Assembly (NCBI RefSeq): GCF_964355755.1
Contig: NC_092678.1
Location: 10,538,352 to 10,602,351 of the forward strand
DNA from: Antedon mediterranea
Lineage: Eukaryota > Animalia > Echinodermata
Length of the DNA stretch: 64,000 nt
Reading direction: 5' to 3'
Positions 26,701 through 40,125 of this stretch are shown here, piece after piece. The notes under the pieces are model-generated. The model was not told where the DNA came from. It worked only from the letters and a program-made list of their open reading frames with translations, and searched no databases. A program made the translations under genes and the position numbers. Positions within the stretch are counted from its first letter, which is position 1; each line of letters starts with the position of its first letter.

Positions 26701-29700
26701 TCTAATGTGATTTTAAGCACTTTGATGTTTTTGTACAACCAAGTTTCATCGAAATGCTCAAAATGGTCTAAAACGTTTTTAAAACGATATTAAGCTATTT
26801 TGTGCTCTTTGATGTTTTTGTGTAACCAAGTTTTTTCGAAAATCACAAAATGGTCTAAAACGTCTCCAAATGCGATTTGAAGCTTTTCTAAACACTTTGG
26901 TGTTTTTGTGTTAACAAGTTTTTTCGAAAATCACAAAATGGTCTAAAACGTCTCAAAATGCGATTTGAAGGTATTCTGAGCACTTTGGTGTTTTTGTGTG
27001 AAAAGTTTTAACGAAATGCTCAAAATGGTCTAAAACGGTTTCTAATGTGATTTTAACCACTTTGATGTTTTTGTGTAACCAAGTTCTTTTCGAAAATCAC
27101 AAAATGGTCTAAAATGTCTCCAAATGCGATTTGAAGCTTTTCTAAGCACTTTGGTGTTTTTATGTTAACAAGTTTTTTTGAAAATCACAAAATGGTCTAA
27201 AACGTCTCAAAATGCGATTTGAAGGTATTCTGAGCACTTTGGTGTTTTTGTGTGAAAATTTTTAACGAAATGCTCAAAATGGTCTAAAACGGTTTCTAAT
27301 GTGATTTTAACCACTTTGATGTTTTTGTGTAACCAAGTTTTTTCGAAAATCACAAAATGGTCTGAAACGTCTCCAAATGCGATTTGAAGCTTTTCTAAGC
27401 ACTTTGGTGTTTTTATGTTAACAAGTTTTTTCGAAAATCACAAAATGGTCTAAAACGTCTCCAAATGCGATTTGAAGCTATTCTGTACACTTTGATGTTT
27501 TGTGTGAAAAGTTTTAACGAAATGCTCAAAATTGTCTAAAACGGTTTCTAATGTGATTTTAAGCACTTTGATGTTTTTGTAAAACCAAGTTTCATCGAAA
27601 TGCACAAAATGGTCTAAAACGTCTCCAAATGCGATTTGAAGCTTTTCCAAGCACTTTGGTGTTTTTATGTTAACAAGGTTTTTCGAAAATCACAAAATGG
27701 TCTAAAACGTCTCCAAATGCGATTTGAAGCTTTTCCAAGCACTTTGCTGTTTTTATGTTAACAAGTTTTTTCGAAAATCACAAAATGGTCTAAAACGTCT
27801 CAAAATACGATATTAAGCTGTTTTGTGCACTTTGATGATTTGTGTGAAAAGTTTTAACGAAATGCTCAAAATGGTCTAAAACGGTTTCTAATGTGATTTT
27901 AAGCACTTTGATGTTTTTATGTAGCCAAGTTTTTTCGAAAATCACAAAATGGTCAAAAACGTCTCCAAATGCGATTTGAAGCTTTTCTAAGCACTTTGGT
28001 TTTTTTATGTTAACAAGTTTTTTCGAAAATCACAAAATGGTCTAAAACGTCTTCAAATGCGATTTGAAGATATTCTGAGCACTTTGGTGTTTTTCTGTTA
28101 AAAAGTATTTTCGAAAATCACAAAATGGCCTAAAACGTCTCCAAATGCGATTTGAAGCTATTCAGTACACTTTGATGTTTTGTGTGAAAAAGTTTTGTCG
28201 AAATGCTCAAAATGGTCTAAAACGTTTTTAAAACGATATTAAGCTATTTTGTGCTCTTTGATGTGTTTGTATAACCAAGTTTTTTCGAAAATCACAAAAT
28301 GGTCTAAAACGTCTCCAAATGCGATTTGAAGCTTTTCCAAGCACTTTGCTGTTTTTATGTTAACAATTTTTTTCGAAAATCATAAAATGGTCTAAAACGT
28401 CTCCAAATGCGATTTGAAGCTATTCTGTACACTTTGATGTTTTGTGTGAAAAAAGTTTTGTCGAAATGCTCAAAATGGTCTAAAACGTTTTTAAAACGAT
28501 ATTGAGCTATTTTGTGCTCTTTGATGTTTTTGTGTAACCAAGTTTTATCGAAATGAACAAAATGGTCTAAAACGTCTCCAAATGCGATTTGAAGCTTTTC
28601 CAAGCACTTTGCTGTTTTTATGTTAACAGGTTTTTTCGAAAATCAGAAAATGGTCTAAAACGTCTCAAAATGCGAATTGAAGGTATTCTGAGCACTTTGG
28701 TGTTTTTGTGTGAAAAGTTTTAACGAAATGCTCAAAATTGTCTAAAACGGTTTCTAATGTGATTTTAAGCACTTTGATGTTTTTGTAAAACCAAGTTTCA
28801 TCGAAATGCACAAAATGGTCTAAAATGTCTCCAAATGCGATTTTAAGCTTTTCCAAGCACTTTGCTGTTTTTATGTTAACAAGCTTTTTCGAAAATCACA
28901 AAATGGTCTAAAACGTCTCCAAATGCGATTTGAAGATATTCTGAGCACTTTGGTGTTTTTATGTTAAAAAGTTTTTTCGAAAATCACAAAATGGTCTAAA
29001 ACGTCTCCAAATGCGATTTGAAGATATTCTGAGCACTTTGGTGTTTTTATGTTAAAAAGTTTTTTCGAAAATCACAAAATGGTCTAAAACGTCTCCAAAT
29101 GCGATTTGAAGCTATTCTGTACACTTTGATGTTTTGTGTGAAAAAGTTTTGTCGAAATGCTCAAAATGGTTTAAAACGTTTTTAAAACGATATTAAGCTA
29201 TTTTGTGCTCTTTGATGTTTTTGTATAACCAAGTTTCATCGAAATGCACAAAATGGTCTAAAACGTCTCCAAATGCGATTTGAAGCTTTTCTAAGCACTT
29301 TGCTGTTTTTATGTTAACAAGTTTTTTCGAAAATCACAAAATGGTCTAAAACGTCTCCAAATGCGATTTGAAGATATTCTGAGCACTTTGGTGTTTTTAT
29401 GTTAAAAAGTTTTTTCGAAAATCACAAAATGGTCTAAAACGTCTCCAAATGCGATTTGAAGATATTCTGAGCACTTTGGTGTTTTTATGTTAAAAAGTTT
29501 TTTCGAAAATCACAAAATTGTCTAAAACGTCTCCAAATGCGATTTGAAGCTATTCTGTACCCTTTGATGTTTTGTGTGAAAAAGTTTTGTCGAAATGCTC
29601 AAAATGGTCTAAAACGTTTTTAAAACGATATAAAGCTATTTTGTGCTCTTTGATGTTTTTGTGTAACCAAGTTTTTTCGAAAATCACAAAATGGTCTAAA

Positions 29701-32700
29701 ACGTCTCCAAATGCGATTTGAAGCTTTTCTAAGCACTTTGGTGTTTTTATGTTAACAAGTTTTTTCGAAAATCACAAAATGGTCTAAAACGTTTTAAAAT
29801 GCGATTTGAAGGTATTCTGAGCACTTTGGTGTTTTTGTGTGAAAAGTTTTAACGAAATGCTCAAAATGGTCTAAAACGGTTTCTAATGTGATTTTAACCA
29901 CTTTGATGTTTTTGTGTAACCAAGTTTTTTCGAAAATCACAAAATGGTCTAAAACGTCTCCAAATGCGATTTGAAGCTTTTCTAAGCACTTTGGTGTTTT
30001 TATGTTAACAAGTTTTTTCGAAAATCACAAAATGGTCTAAAACGTCTCCAAATGCGATTTGAAGCTATTCTGTACACTTTGATGTTTTGTGTGAAAAAGT
30101 TTCTCGAAATGCTCAAAATGGTCTAAAACGTTTTCCAATACCATATTAAGCTATTTTGTGCAATTTGATGTTTTTGTGTAACCAAGTTTTTTGAAATGCG
30201 ATATTAAGATATTCTGAGCACTTTGGTGTTTTTATGTTAAAAAGTTTTTTCGAAAATCACAAAATGGTCTAAAACGTCTCCAAATGCGATTTGAAGATAT
30301 TCTGAGCACTTTGGTGTTTTTATGTTAAAAAGTTTTTTCGAAAATCACAAAATGGTCTAAAACGTCTCCAAATGCGATTTGAAGCTATTCTGTACACTTT
30401 GATGTTTTGTGTGAAAAAGTTTTGTCGAAATGCTCAAAATGGTCTAAAACGGTTTCTAATGTGATTTTAAGCACTTTGATGTTTTTGTATAACCAAGTTT
30501 CATCGAAATTCACAAAATGGTCTAAAACGTCTCCAAATGCGATTTTAAGCTTTTCTAAGCACTTTGGTGTTTTTATGTTAACAAGGTTTTTCGAAAATCA
30601 CAAAATGGTCTAAAACGTCTCCAAATGCGATTTGAAGATATTCTGAGCACTTTGGTGTTTTTATGTTAACAAGTTTTTTCGAAAATCACAAAATGGTCTA
30701 AAACGTCTCAAAATACGATATTAAGCTGTTTTGTGCACTTTGATGATTTGTGTGAAAAGTTTTAACGAAATGCTCAAAATGGTCTAAAACGGTTTCTAAT
30801 GTGATTTTAAGCACTTTGATGTTTTTATGTAGCCAAGTTTTTTCAAAAATCACAAAATGGTCAAAAACGTCTCCAAAGGCGATTTGAAGCTTTTCTAAGC
30901 ACTTTGGTTTTTTTATGTTAACAAGTTTTTTCGAAAATCACAAAATGGTCTAAAACGTCTTCAAATGCGATTTGAAGATATTCTGAGCACTTTGGTGTTT
31001 TTCTGTTAAAAAGTATTTTCGAAAATCACAAAATGGTCTAAAACGTCTCCAAATGCGATTTGAAGCTATTCTGTACACTTTGATGTTTTGTGTGAAAAAG
31101 TTTTGTCAAAATGCTCAAAATGGTCTAAAACGTTTTTAAAACGATATTAAGCTATTTTGTGCTCTTTGATGTGTTTGTATAACCAAGTTTTTTCGAAAAT
31201 CACAAAATGGTCTAAAACGTCTCCAAATGCGATTTGAAGCTTTTCCAAGCACTTTGCTGTTTTTATGTTAACAATTTTTTTCGAAAATCATAAAATGGTC
31301 TAAAACGTCTCCAAATGCGATTTGAAGCTATTCTGTACACTTTGATGTTTTGTGTGAAAAGTTTTGTCGAAATGCTCAAAATGGTCTAAAACGTTTTTAA
31401 AACGATATTAAGCTATTTTGTGCTCTTTGATGTTTTTGTGTAACCAAGTTTCATCGAAATGAACAAAATGGTCTAAAACGTCTCCAAATGCGATTTGAAG
31501 CTTTTCTAAGCACTTTGGTGTTTTTATGTTAACAAGTTTTTTCGAAAATCACAAAATGGTCTAAAACGTCTCCAAATGCGATTTGAAGCTTTTCTAAGCA
31601 CTTTGGTGTTTTTATGTTAACAAGTTTTTTCGAAAATCACAAAATGGTCTAAAACGTCTCAAAATGCGATTTGAAGGTATTCTGAGCACTTTGGTGTTTT
31701 TGTGTGAAAAGTTTTAACGAAATGCTCAAAATTGTCTAAAACGGTTTCTAATGTGATTTTAAGCACTTTGATGTTTTTGTAAAACCAAGTTTCATCGAAA
31801 TGCACAAAATGGTCTAAAACGTCTCCAAATGCGATTTGAAGATATTCTGAGGACTTTGGTGTTTTTATGTTAAAAAGTTTTTTCGAAAATCACAAAATGG
31901 TCTAAAACGTCTCCAAATGCGATTTGAAGATATTCTGAGCACTTTGGTGTTTTTATGTTAAAAAGTTTTTTCGAAAATCACAAAATGGTCTAAAACGTCT
32001 CCAAATGCGATTTGAAGGTCTTCTGTACACTTTGATGTTTTGTGTGAAAAAGTTTTTTCAAAATGCTCAAAATGGTCTAAAACGTTTTTAAAACGATATT
32101 AAGCTATTTTGTGCTCTTTGATGTTTTTGTATAACCAAGTTTTTTCGAAAATCACAAAATGGTCTAAAACGTCTCCAAATGCGATTTGAAGCTTTTCCAA
32201 GCACTTTGCTGTTTTTATGTTAACAAGTTTTTTCGAAAATCACAAAATGGTCTAAAACGTCTCAAAATACGATATTAAGCTGTTTTGTGCACTTTGATGA
32301 TTTGTGTGAAAAGTTTTAACGAAATGCTCAAAATGGTCTAAAACGGTTTCTAATGTGATTTTAAGCACTTTGATGTTTTTATGTAGCCAAGTTTTTTCGA
32401 AAATCACAAAATGGTCAAAAACGTCTCCAAATGCGATTTGAAGCTTTTCTAAGCACTTTGGTTTTTTTATGTTAACAAGTTTTTTCGAAAATCACAAAAT
32501 GGTCTAAAACGTCTTCAAATGCGATTTGAAGATATTCTGAGCACTTTGGTGTTTTTCTGTTAAAAAGTATTTTCGAAAATCACAAAATGGTCTAAAACGT
32601 CTCCAAATGCGATTTGAAGCTATTCTGTACACTTTGATGTTTTGTGTGAAAAAGTTTTGTCAAAATGCTCAAAATGGTCTAAAACGTTTTTAAAACGATA

Positions 32701-33669
32701 TTAAGCTATTTTGTGCTCTTTGATGTGTTTGTATAACCAAGTTTTTTCGAAAATCACAAAATGGTCTAAAACGTCTCCAAATGCGATTTGAAGCTTTTCC
32801 AAGCACTTTGCTGTTTTTATGTTAACAATTTTTTTCGAAAATCATAAAATGGTCTAAAACGTCTCCAAATGCGATTTGAAGCTATTCTGTACACTTTGAT
32901 GTTTTGTGTGAAAAGTTTTGTCGAAATGCTCAAAATGGTCTAAAACGTTTTTAAAACGATATTAAGCTATTTTGTGCTCTTTGATGTTTTTGTGTAACCA
33001 AGTTTCATCGAAATGAACAAAATGGTCTAAAACGTCTCCAAATGCGATTTGAAGCTTTTCTAAGCACTTTGGTGTTTTTATGTTAACAAGTTTTTTCGAA
33101 AATCACAAAATGGTCTAAAACGTCTCCAAATGCGATTTGAAGCTTTTCTAAGCACTTTGGTGTTTTTATGTTAACAAGTTTTTTCGAAAATCACAAAATG
33201 GTCTAAAACGTCTCAAAATGCGATTTGAAGGTATTCTGAGCACTTTGGTGTTTTTGTGTGAAAAGTTTTAACGAAATGCTCAAAATGGTCTAAAACGGTT
33301 TCTAATGTCATTTTAACCACTTTGATGTTTTTGTGTAACCAAGTTCTTTTCGAAAATCACAAAATGGTCTAAAACGTCTCCAAATGCGATTTGAAGCTCT
33401 TCTGTACACTTTGATGTTTTGTGTGAAAAAGTTTTGTCGAAATGCTCAAAATGGTCTAAAACGTTTTTAAATACGATATTAAGCTGTTTTGTGCACTTTG
33501 ATGATTTGTGTGAAAAGTTTTAACGAAATGCTCAAAATAGTCTATAACGGTTTCTAATGTGATTTTAAGCACTTTGATGTTTTTGTGTAATCAAGTTTTT
33601 TTGGAAATCACAAAATGGTCTAAAACGTCTCCAAATGCGATTTGAAGCTTTTCTAAGCACTTTGGTGTT

Positions 33670-36600
33670 TTTATGTTAAAAAGTTTTTTCGAAAATCACA
33701 AAATGGTCTAAAACGTCTCCAAATGCGATTTGAAGATATTCTGAGCACTTTGGTGTTATTATGTTAAAAAGTTTTTTCGAAAATCACAAAATGGTCTAAA
33801 ACGTCTCCAAATGCGATTTGAAGCTATTCTATACACTTTGATGTTTTGTGTTAAAAAGTTTTGTCGAAATGCTCAAAATGGTTTAAAACGTTTTTAAAAC
33901 GATATTAAGCTATTTTGTGCTCTTTGATGTTTTTGTGTAACCAAGTTTCATCGAAATGAACAAAATGGTCTAAAACGTCTCCAAATGCGATTTGAAGCTT
34001 TTCCAAGCACTTTGCTGTTTTTATGTTAACAAGTTTTTTCGAAAATCACAAAATTGTCTAAAACGTCTCAAAATGCGATTTGAAGGTATTCTGAGCACTT
34101 TGGTGTTTTTGTGTGAAAAGTTTTAACGAAAAGCTCAAAATGGTCTAAAACGGTTCTAATGTGATTTTAAGCACTTTGATGTTTTTGTACAACCAAGTTT
34201 CATCGAAATGCTCAAAATGGTCTAAAACGTTTTTAAAACGATATTAAGCTATTTTGTGCTCTTTGATGTTTTTGTGTAACCAAGTTTTTTCGAAAATCAC
34301 AAAATGGTCTAAAACGTCTCCAAATGCGATTTGAAGCTTTTCTAAACACTTTGGTGTTTTTGTGTTAACAAGTTTTTTCGAAAATCACAAAATGGTCTAA
34401 AACGTCTCAAAATGCGATTTGAAGGTATTCTGAGCACTTTGGTGTTTTTGTGTGAAAAGTTTTAACGAAATGCTCAAAATGGTCTAAAACGGGTTCTAAT
34501 GTGATTTTAACCACTTTGATGTTTTTGTGTAACCAAGTTCTTTTCGAAAATCACAAAATGGTCTAAAATGTCTCCAAATGCGATTTGAAGCTTTTCTAAG
34601 CACTTTGGTGTTTTTATGTTAACAAGTTTTTTTGAAAATCACAAAATGGTCTAAAACGTCTCAAAATGCGATTTGAAGGTATTCTGAGCACTTTGGTGTT
34701 TTTGTGTGAAAATTTTTAACGAAATGCTCAAAATGGTCTAAAACGGTTTCTAATGTGATTTTAACCACTTTGATGTTTTTGTGTAACCAAGTTTTTTCGA
34801 AAATCACAAAATGGTCTGAAACGTCTCCAAATGCGATTTGAAGCTTTTCTAAGCACTTTGGTGTTTTTATGTTAACAAGTTTTTTCGAAAATCACAAAAT
34901 GGTCTAAAACGTCTCCAAATGCGATTTGAAGCTATTCTGTACACTTTGATGTTTTGTGTGAAAAGTTTTAACGAAATGCTCAAAATTGTCTAAAACGGTT
35001 TCTAATGTGATTTTAAGCACTTTGATGTTTTTGTAAAACCAAGTTTCATCGAAATGCACAAAATGGTCTAAAACGTCTCCAAATGCGATTTGAAGCTTTT
35101 CCAAGCACTTTGGTGTTTTTATGTTAACAAGGTTTTTCGAAAATCACAAAATGGTCTAAAACGTCTCCAAATGCGATTTGAAGCTTTTCCAAGCACTTTG
35201 CTGTTTTTATGTTAACAAGTTTTTTCGAAAATCACAAAATGGTCTAAAACGTCTCAAAATACGATATTAAGCTGTTTTGTGCACTTTGATGATTTGTGTG
35301 AAAAGTTTTAACGAAATGCTCAAAATGGTCTAAAACGGTTTCTAATGTGATTTTAAGCACTTTGATGTTTTTATGTAGCCAAGTTTTTTCGAAAATCACA
35401 AAATGGTCAAAAACGTCTCCAAATGCGATTTGAAGCTTTTCTAAGCACTTTGGTTTTTTTATGTTAACAAGTTTTTTCGAAAATCACAAAATGGTCTAAA
35501 ACGTCTTCAAATGCGATTTGAAGATATTCTGAGCACTTTGGTGTTTTTCTGTTAAAAAGTATTTTCGAAAATCACAAAATGGCCTAAAACGTCTCCAAAT
35601 GCGATTTGAAGCTATTCAGTACACTTTGATGTTTTGTGTGAAAAAGTTTTGTCGAAATGCTCAAAATGGTCTAAAACGTTTTTAAAACGATATTAAGCTA
35701 TTTTGTGCTCTTTGATGTGTTTGTATAACCAAGTTTTTTCGAAAATCACAAAATGGTCTAAAACGTCTCCAAATGCGATTTGAAGCTTTTCCAAGCACTT
35801 TGCTGTTTTTATGTTAACAATTTTTTTCGAAAATCATAAAATGGTCTAAAACGTCTCCAAATGCGATTTGAAGCTATTCTGTACACTTTGATGTTTTGTG
35901 TGAAAAAAGTTTTGTCGAAATGCTCAAAATGGTCTAAAACGTTTTTAAAACGATATTGAGCTATTTTGTGCTCTTTGATGTTTTTGTGTAACCAAGTTTT
36001 ATCGAAATGAACAAAATGGTCTAAAACGTCTCCAAATGCGATTTGAAGCTTTTCCAAGCACTTTGCTGTTTTTATGTTAACAGGTTTTTTCGAAAATCAC
36101 AAAATGGTCTAAAACGTCTCAAAATGCGAATTGAAGGTATTCTGAGCACTTTGGTGTTTTTGTGTGAAATGTTTTAACGAAATGCTCAAAATTGTCTAAA
36201 ACGGTTTCTAATGTGATTTTAAGCACTTTGATGTTTTTGTAAAACCAAGTTTCATCGAAATGCACAAAATGGTCTAAAATGTCTCCAAATGCGATTTTAA
36301 GCTTTTCCAAGCACTTTGCTGTTTTTATGTTAACAAGCTTTTTCGAAAATCACAAAATGGTCTAAAACGTCTCCAAATGCGATTTGAAGATATTCTGAGC
36401 ACTTTGGTGTTTTTATGTTAAAAAGTTTTTTCGAAAATCACAAAATGGTCTAAAACGTCTCCAAATGCGATTTGAAGATATTCTGAGCACTTTGGTGTTT
36501 TTATGTTAAAAAGTTTTTTCGAAAATCACAAAATGGTCTAAAACGTCTCCAAATGCGATTTGAAGCTATTCTGTACACTTTGATGTTTTGTGTGAAAAAG

Positions 36601-39185
36601 TTTTGTCGAAATGCTCAAAATGGTTTAAAACGTTTTTAAAACGATATTAAGCTATTTTGTGCTCTTTGATGTTTTTGTATAACCAAGTTTCATCGAAATG
36701 CACAAAATGGTCTAAAACGTCTCCAAATGCGATTTGAAGCTTTTCTAAGCACTTTGCTGTTTTTATGTTAACAAGTTTTTTCGAAAATCACAAAATGGTC
36801 TAAAACGTCTCCAAATGCGATTTGAAGATATTCTGAGCACTTTGGTGTTTTTATGTTAAAAAGTTTTTTCGAAAATCACAAAATGGTCTAAAACGTCTCC
36901 AAATGCGATTTGAAGATATTCTGAGCACTTTGGTGTTTTTATGTTAAAAAGTTTTTTCGAAAATCACAAAATTGTCTAAAACGTCTCCAAATGCGATTTG
37001 AAGCTATTCTGTACCCTTTGATGTTTTGTGTGAAAAAGTTTTGTCGAAATGCTCAAAATGGTCTAAAACGTTTTTAAAACGATATAAAGCTATTTTGTGC
37101 TCTTTGATGTTTTTGTGTAACCAAGTTTTTTCGAAAATCACAAAATGGTCTAAAACGTCTCCAAATGCGATTTGAAGCTTTTCTAAGCACTTTGGTGTTT
37201 TTATGTTAACAAGTTTTTTCGAAAATCACAAAATGGTCTAAAACGTTTTAAAATGCGATTTGAAGGTATTCTGAGCACTTTGGTGTTTTTGTGTGAAAAG
37301 TTTTAACGAAATGCTCAAAATGGTCTAAAACGGTTTCTAATGTGATTTTAACCACTTTGATGTTTTTGTGTAACCAAGTTTTTTCGAAAATCACAAAATG
37401 GTCTAAAACGTCTCCAAATGCGATTTGAAGCTTTTCTAAGCACTTTGGTGTTTTTATGTTAACAAGTTTTTTCGAAAATCACAAAATGGTCTAAAACGTC
37501 TCCAAATGCGATTTGAAGCTATTCTGTACACTTTGATGTTTTGTGTGAAAAAGTTTCTCGAAATGCTCAAAATGGTCTAAAACGTTTTCCAATACCATAT
37601 TAAGCTATTTTGTGCAATTTGATGTTTTTGTGTAACCAAGTTTTTTGAAATGCGATATTAAGATATTCTGAGCACTTTGGTGTTTTTATGTTAAAAAGTT
37701 TTTTCGAAAATCACAAAATGGTCTAAAACGTCTCCAAATGCGATTTGAAGATATTCTGAGCACTTTGGTGTTTTTATGTTAAAAAGTTTTTTCGAAAATC
37801 ACAAAATGGTCTAAAACGTCTCCAAATGCGATTTGAAGCTATTCTGTACACTTTGATGTTTTGTGTGAAAAAGTTTTGTCGAAATGCTCAAAATGGTCTA
37901 AAACGGTTTCTAATGTGATTTTAAGCACTTTGATGTTTTTGTATAACCAAGTTTCATCGAAATTCACAAAATGGTCTAAAACGTCTCCAAATGCGATTTT
38001 AAGCTTTTCTAAGCACTTTGGTGTTTTTATGTTAACAAGGTTTTTCGAAAATCACAAAATGGTCTAAAACGTCTCCAAATGCGATTTGAAGATATTCTGA
38101 GCACTTTGGTGTTTTTATGTTAACAAGTTTTTTCGAAAATCACAAAATGGTCTAAAACGTCTCAAAATACGATATTAAGCTGTTTTGTGCACTTTGATGA
38201 TTTGTGTGAAAAGTTTTAACGAAATGCTCAAAATGGTCTAAAACGGTTTCTAATGTGATTTTAAGCACTTTGATGTTTTTATGTAGCCAAGTTTTTTCAA
38301 AAATCACAAAATGGTCAAAAACGTCTCCAAATGCGATTTGAAGCTTTTCTAAGCACTTTGGTTTTTTTATGTTAACAAGTTTTTTCGAAAATCACAAAAT
38401 GGTCTAAAACGTCTTCAAATGCGATTTGAAGATATTCTGAGCACTTTGGTGTTTTTCTGTTAAAAAGTATTTTCGAAAATCACAAAATGGTCTAAAACGT
38501 CTCCAAATGCGATTTGAAGCTATTCTGTACACTTTGATGTTTTGTGTGAAAAAGTTTTGTCAAAATGCTCAAAATGGTCTAAAACGTTTTTAAAACGATA
38601 TTAAGCTATTTTGTGCTCTTTGATGTGTTTGTATAACCAAGTTTTTTCGAAAATCACAAAATGGTCTAAAACGTCTCCAAATGCGATTTGAAGCTTTTCC
38701 AAGCACTTTGCTGTTTTTATGTTAACAATTTTTTTCGAAAATCATAAAATGGTCTAAAACGTCTCCAAATGCGATTTGAAGCTATTCTGTACACTTTGAT
38801 GTTTTGTGTGAAAAGTTTTGTCGAAATGCTCAAAATGGTCTAAAACGTTTTTAAAACGATATTAAGCTATTTTGTGCTCTTTGATGTTTTTGTGTAACCA
38901 AGTTTCATCGAAATGAACAAAATGGTCTAAAACGTCTCCAAATGCGATTTGAAGCTTTTCTAAGCACTTTGGTGTTTTTATGTTAACAAGTTTTTTCGAA
39001 AATCACAAAATGGTCTAAAACGTCTCCAAATGCGATTTGAAGCTTTTCTAAGCACTTTGGTGTTTTTATGTTAACAAGTTTTTTCGAAAATCACAAAATG
39101 GTCTAAAACGTCTCAAAATGCGATTTGAAGGTATTCTGAGCACTTTGGTGTTTTTGTGTGAAAAGTTTTAACGAAATGCTCAAAA
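33670..39185 (+). repeat. ~5.5 kb near-identical copy of ~26215-31730 (offset 7,454)
   Basis: TATTCTATAC at 26371/33825, and ORF-track pairs 27450/34904, 28355/35809, 28665/36119 and 30407/37861, all at exactly 7,454. Confidence 0.9.
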
Positions 39186-39739
39186 TGGTCTAAAACGGTT
39201 TCTAATGTGATTTTAACCACTTTGATGTTTTTGTGTAACCAAGTTCTTTTCGAAAATCACAAAATGGTCTAAAACGTCTCCAAATGCGATTTGAAGCTCT
39301 TCTGTACACTTTGATGTTTTGTGTGAAAAAGTTTTGTCGAAATGCTCAAAATGGTCTAAAACGTTTTTAAATACGATATTAAGCTGTTTTGTGCACTTTG
39401 ATGATTTGTGTGAAAAGTTTTAACGAAATGCTCAAAATAGTCTATAACGGTTTCTAATGTGATTTTAAGCACTTTGATGTTTTTGTGTAATCAAGTTTTT
39501 TTGGAAATCACAAAATGGTCTAAAACGTCTCCAAATGCGATTTGAAGCTTTTCTAAGCACTTTGGTGTTTTTATGTTAACAAGTTTTTTCGAAAATCACA
39601 AAATGGTCTAAAACGTCTCAAAATGCGATTTGAAGGTATTCTGAGCACTTTGGTGTTTTTGTGTGAAAAGTTTTAACGAAATGCTCAAAATGGTCTAAAA
39701 CGGTTTCTAATGTGATTTTAACCACTTTGATGTTTTTGT

Positions 39740-40125
39740 GTACGTCTCCAAATGCGATTTGAAGCTTTTCTAAGCACTTAAGTTTTTCGAAAATTAAAAC
39801 TTTGAAGGTATTCTGAGCACTTTGGTGTTTTTGTGTGAAAAGTTTTAACGAAATGCTCTTTTGTGTATTTTTTGAAAATGGTCTAAAACGTCTCCAAATG
39901 CGATTTGAAGCTATTCTGTACACTTTGATGTTTTGTGTGAAAAAAGGCTCAAAATGGTCTAAAACGTTTTTAAAACGATATTAAGCTATTTTATGCTCTT
40001 TGATGTTTTTGTGTAACCAAGTTTTTTCGAAAATCACAAAAATTGTCTAAAACGTCTCCGAATGCGATTTGAAGCTCTTCTGTACACTTTGATGTTTTGT
40101 GTGAAAAAGTTTTCTCGAATTGTCT
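39740..40125. other. Scrambled, multiply deleted satellite patch (probable consensus artefact)
   Basis: Dense, unique small deletions (e.g. GTGTACGTCTCC, GCACTTAAGTTTTTCGAAAATTAAAACTTTGAAGG, ATGCTCTTTTGTGTATTTTTTGAAAATGG, AAAAAGGCTC, CTCGAATTGTC) that I did not see in any paralogous block. Confidence 0.75.

Noticed and set aside
39618-39923. Longest ORF (101 aa)
   Set aside because: It is open only because of the scrambled deletions in the suspected artefact patch.
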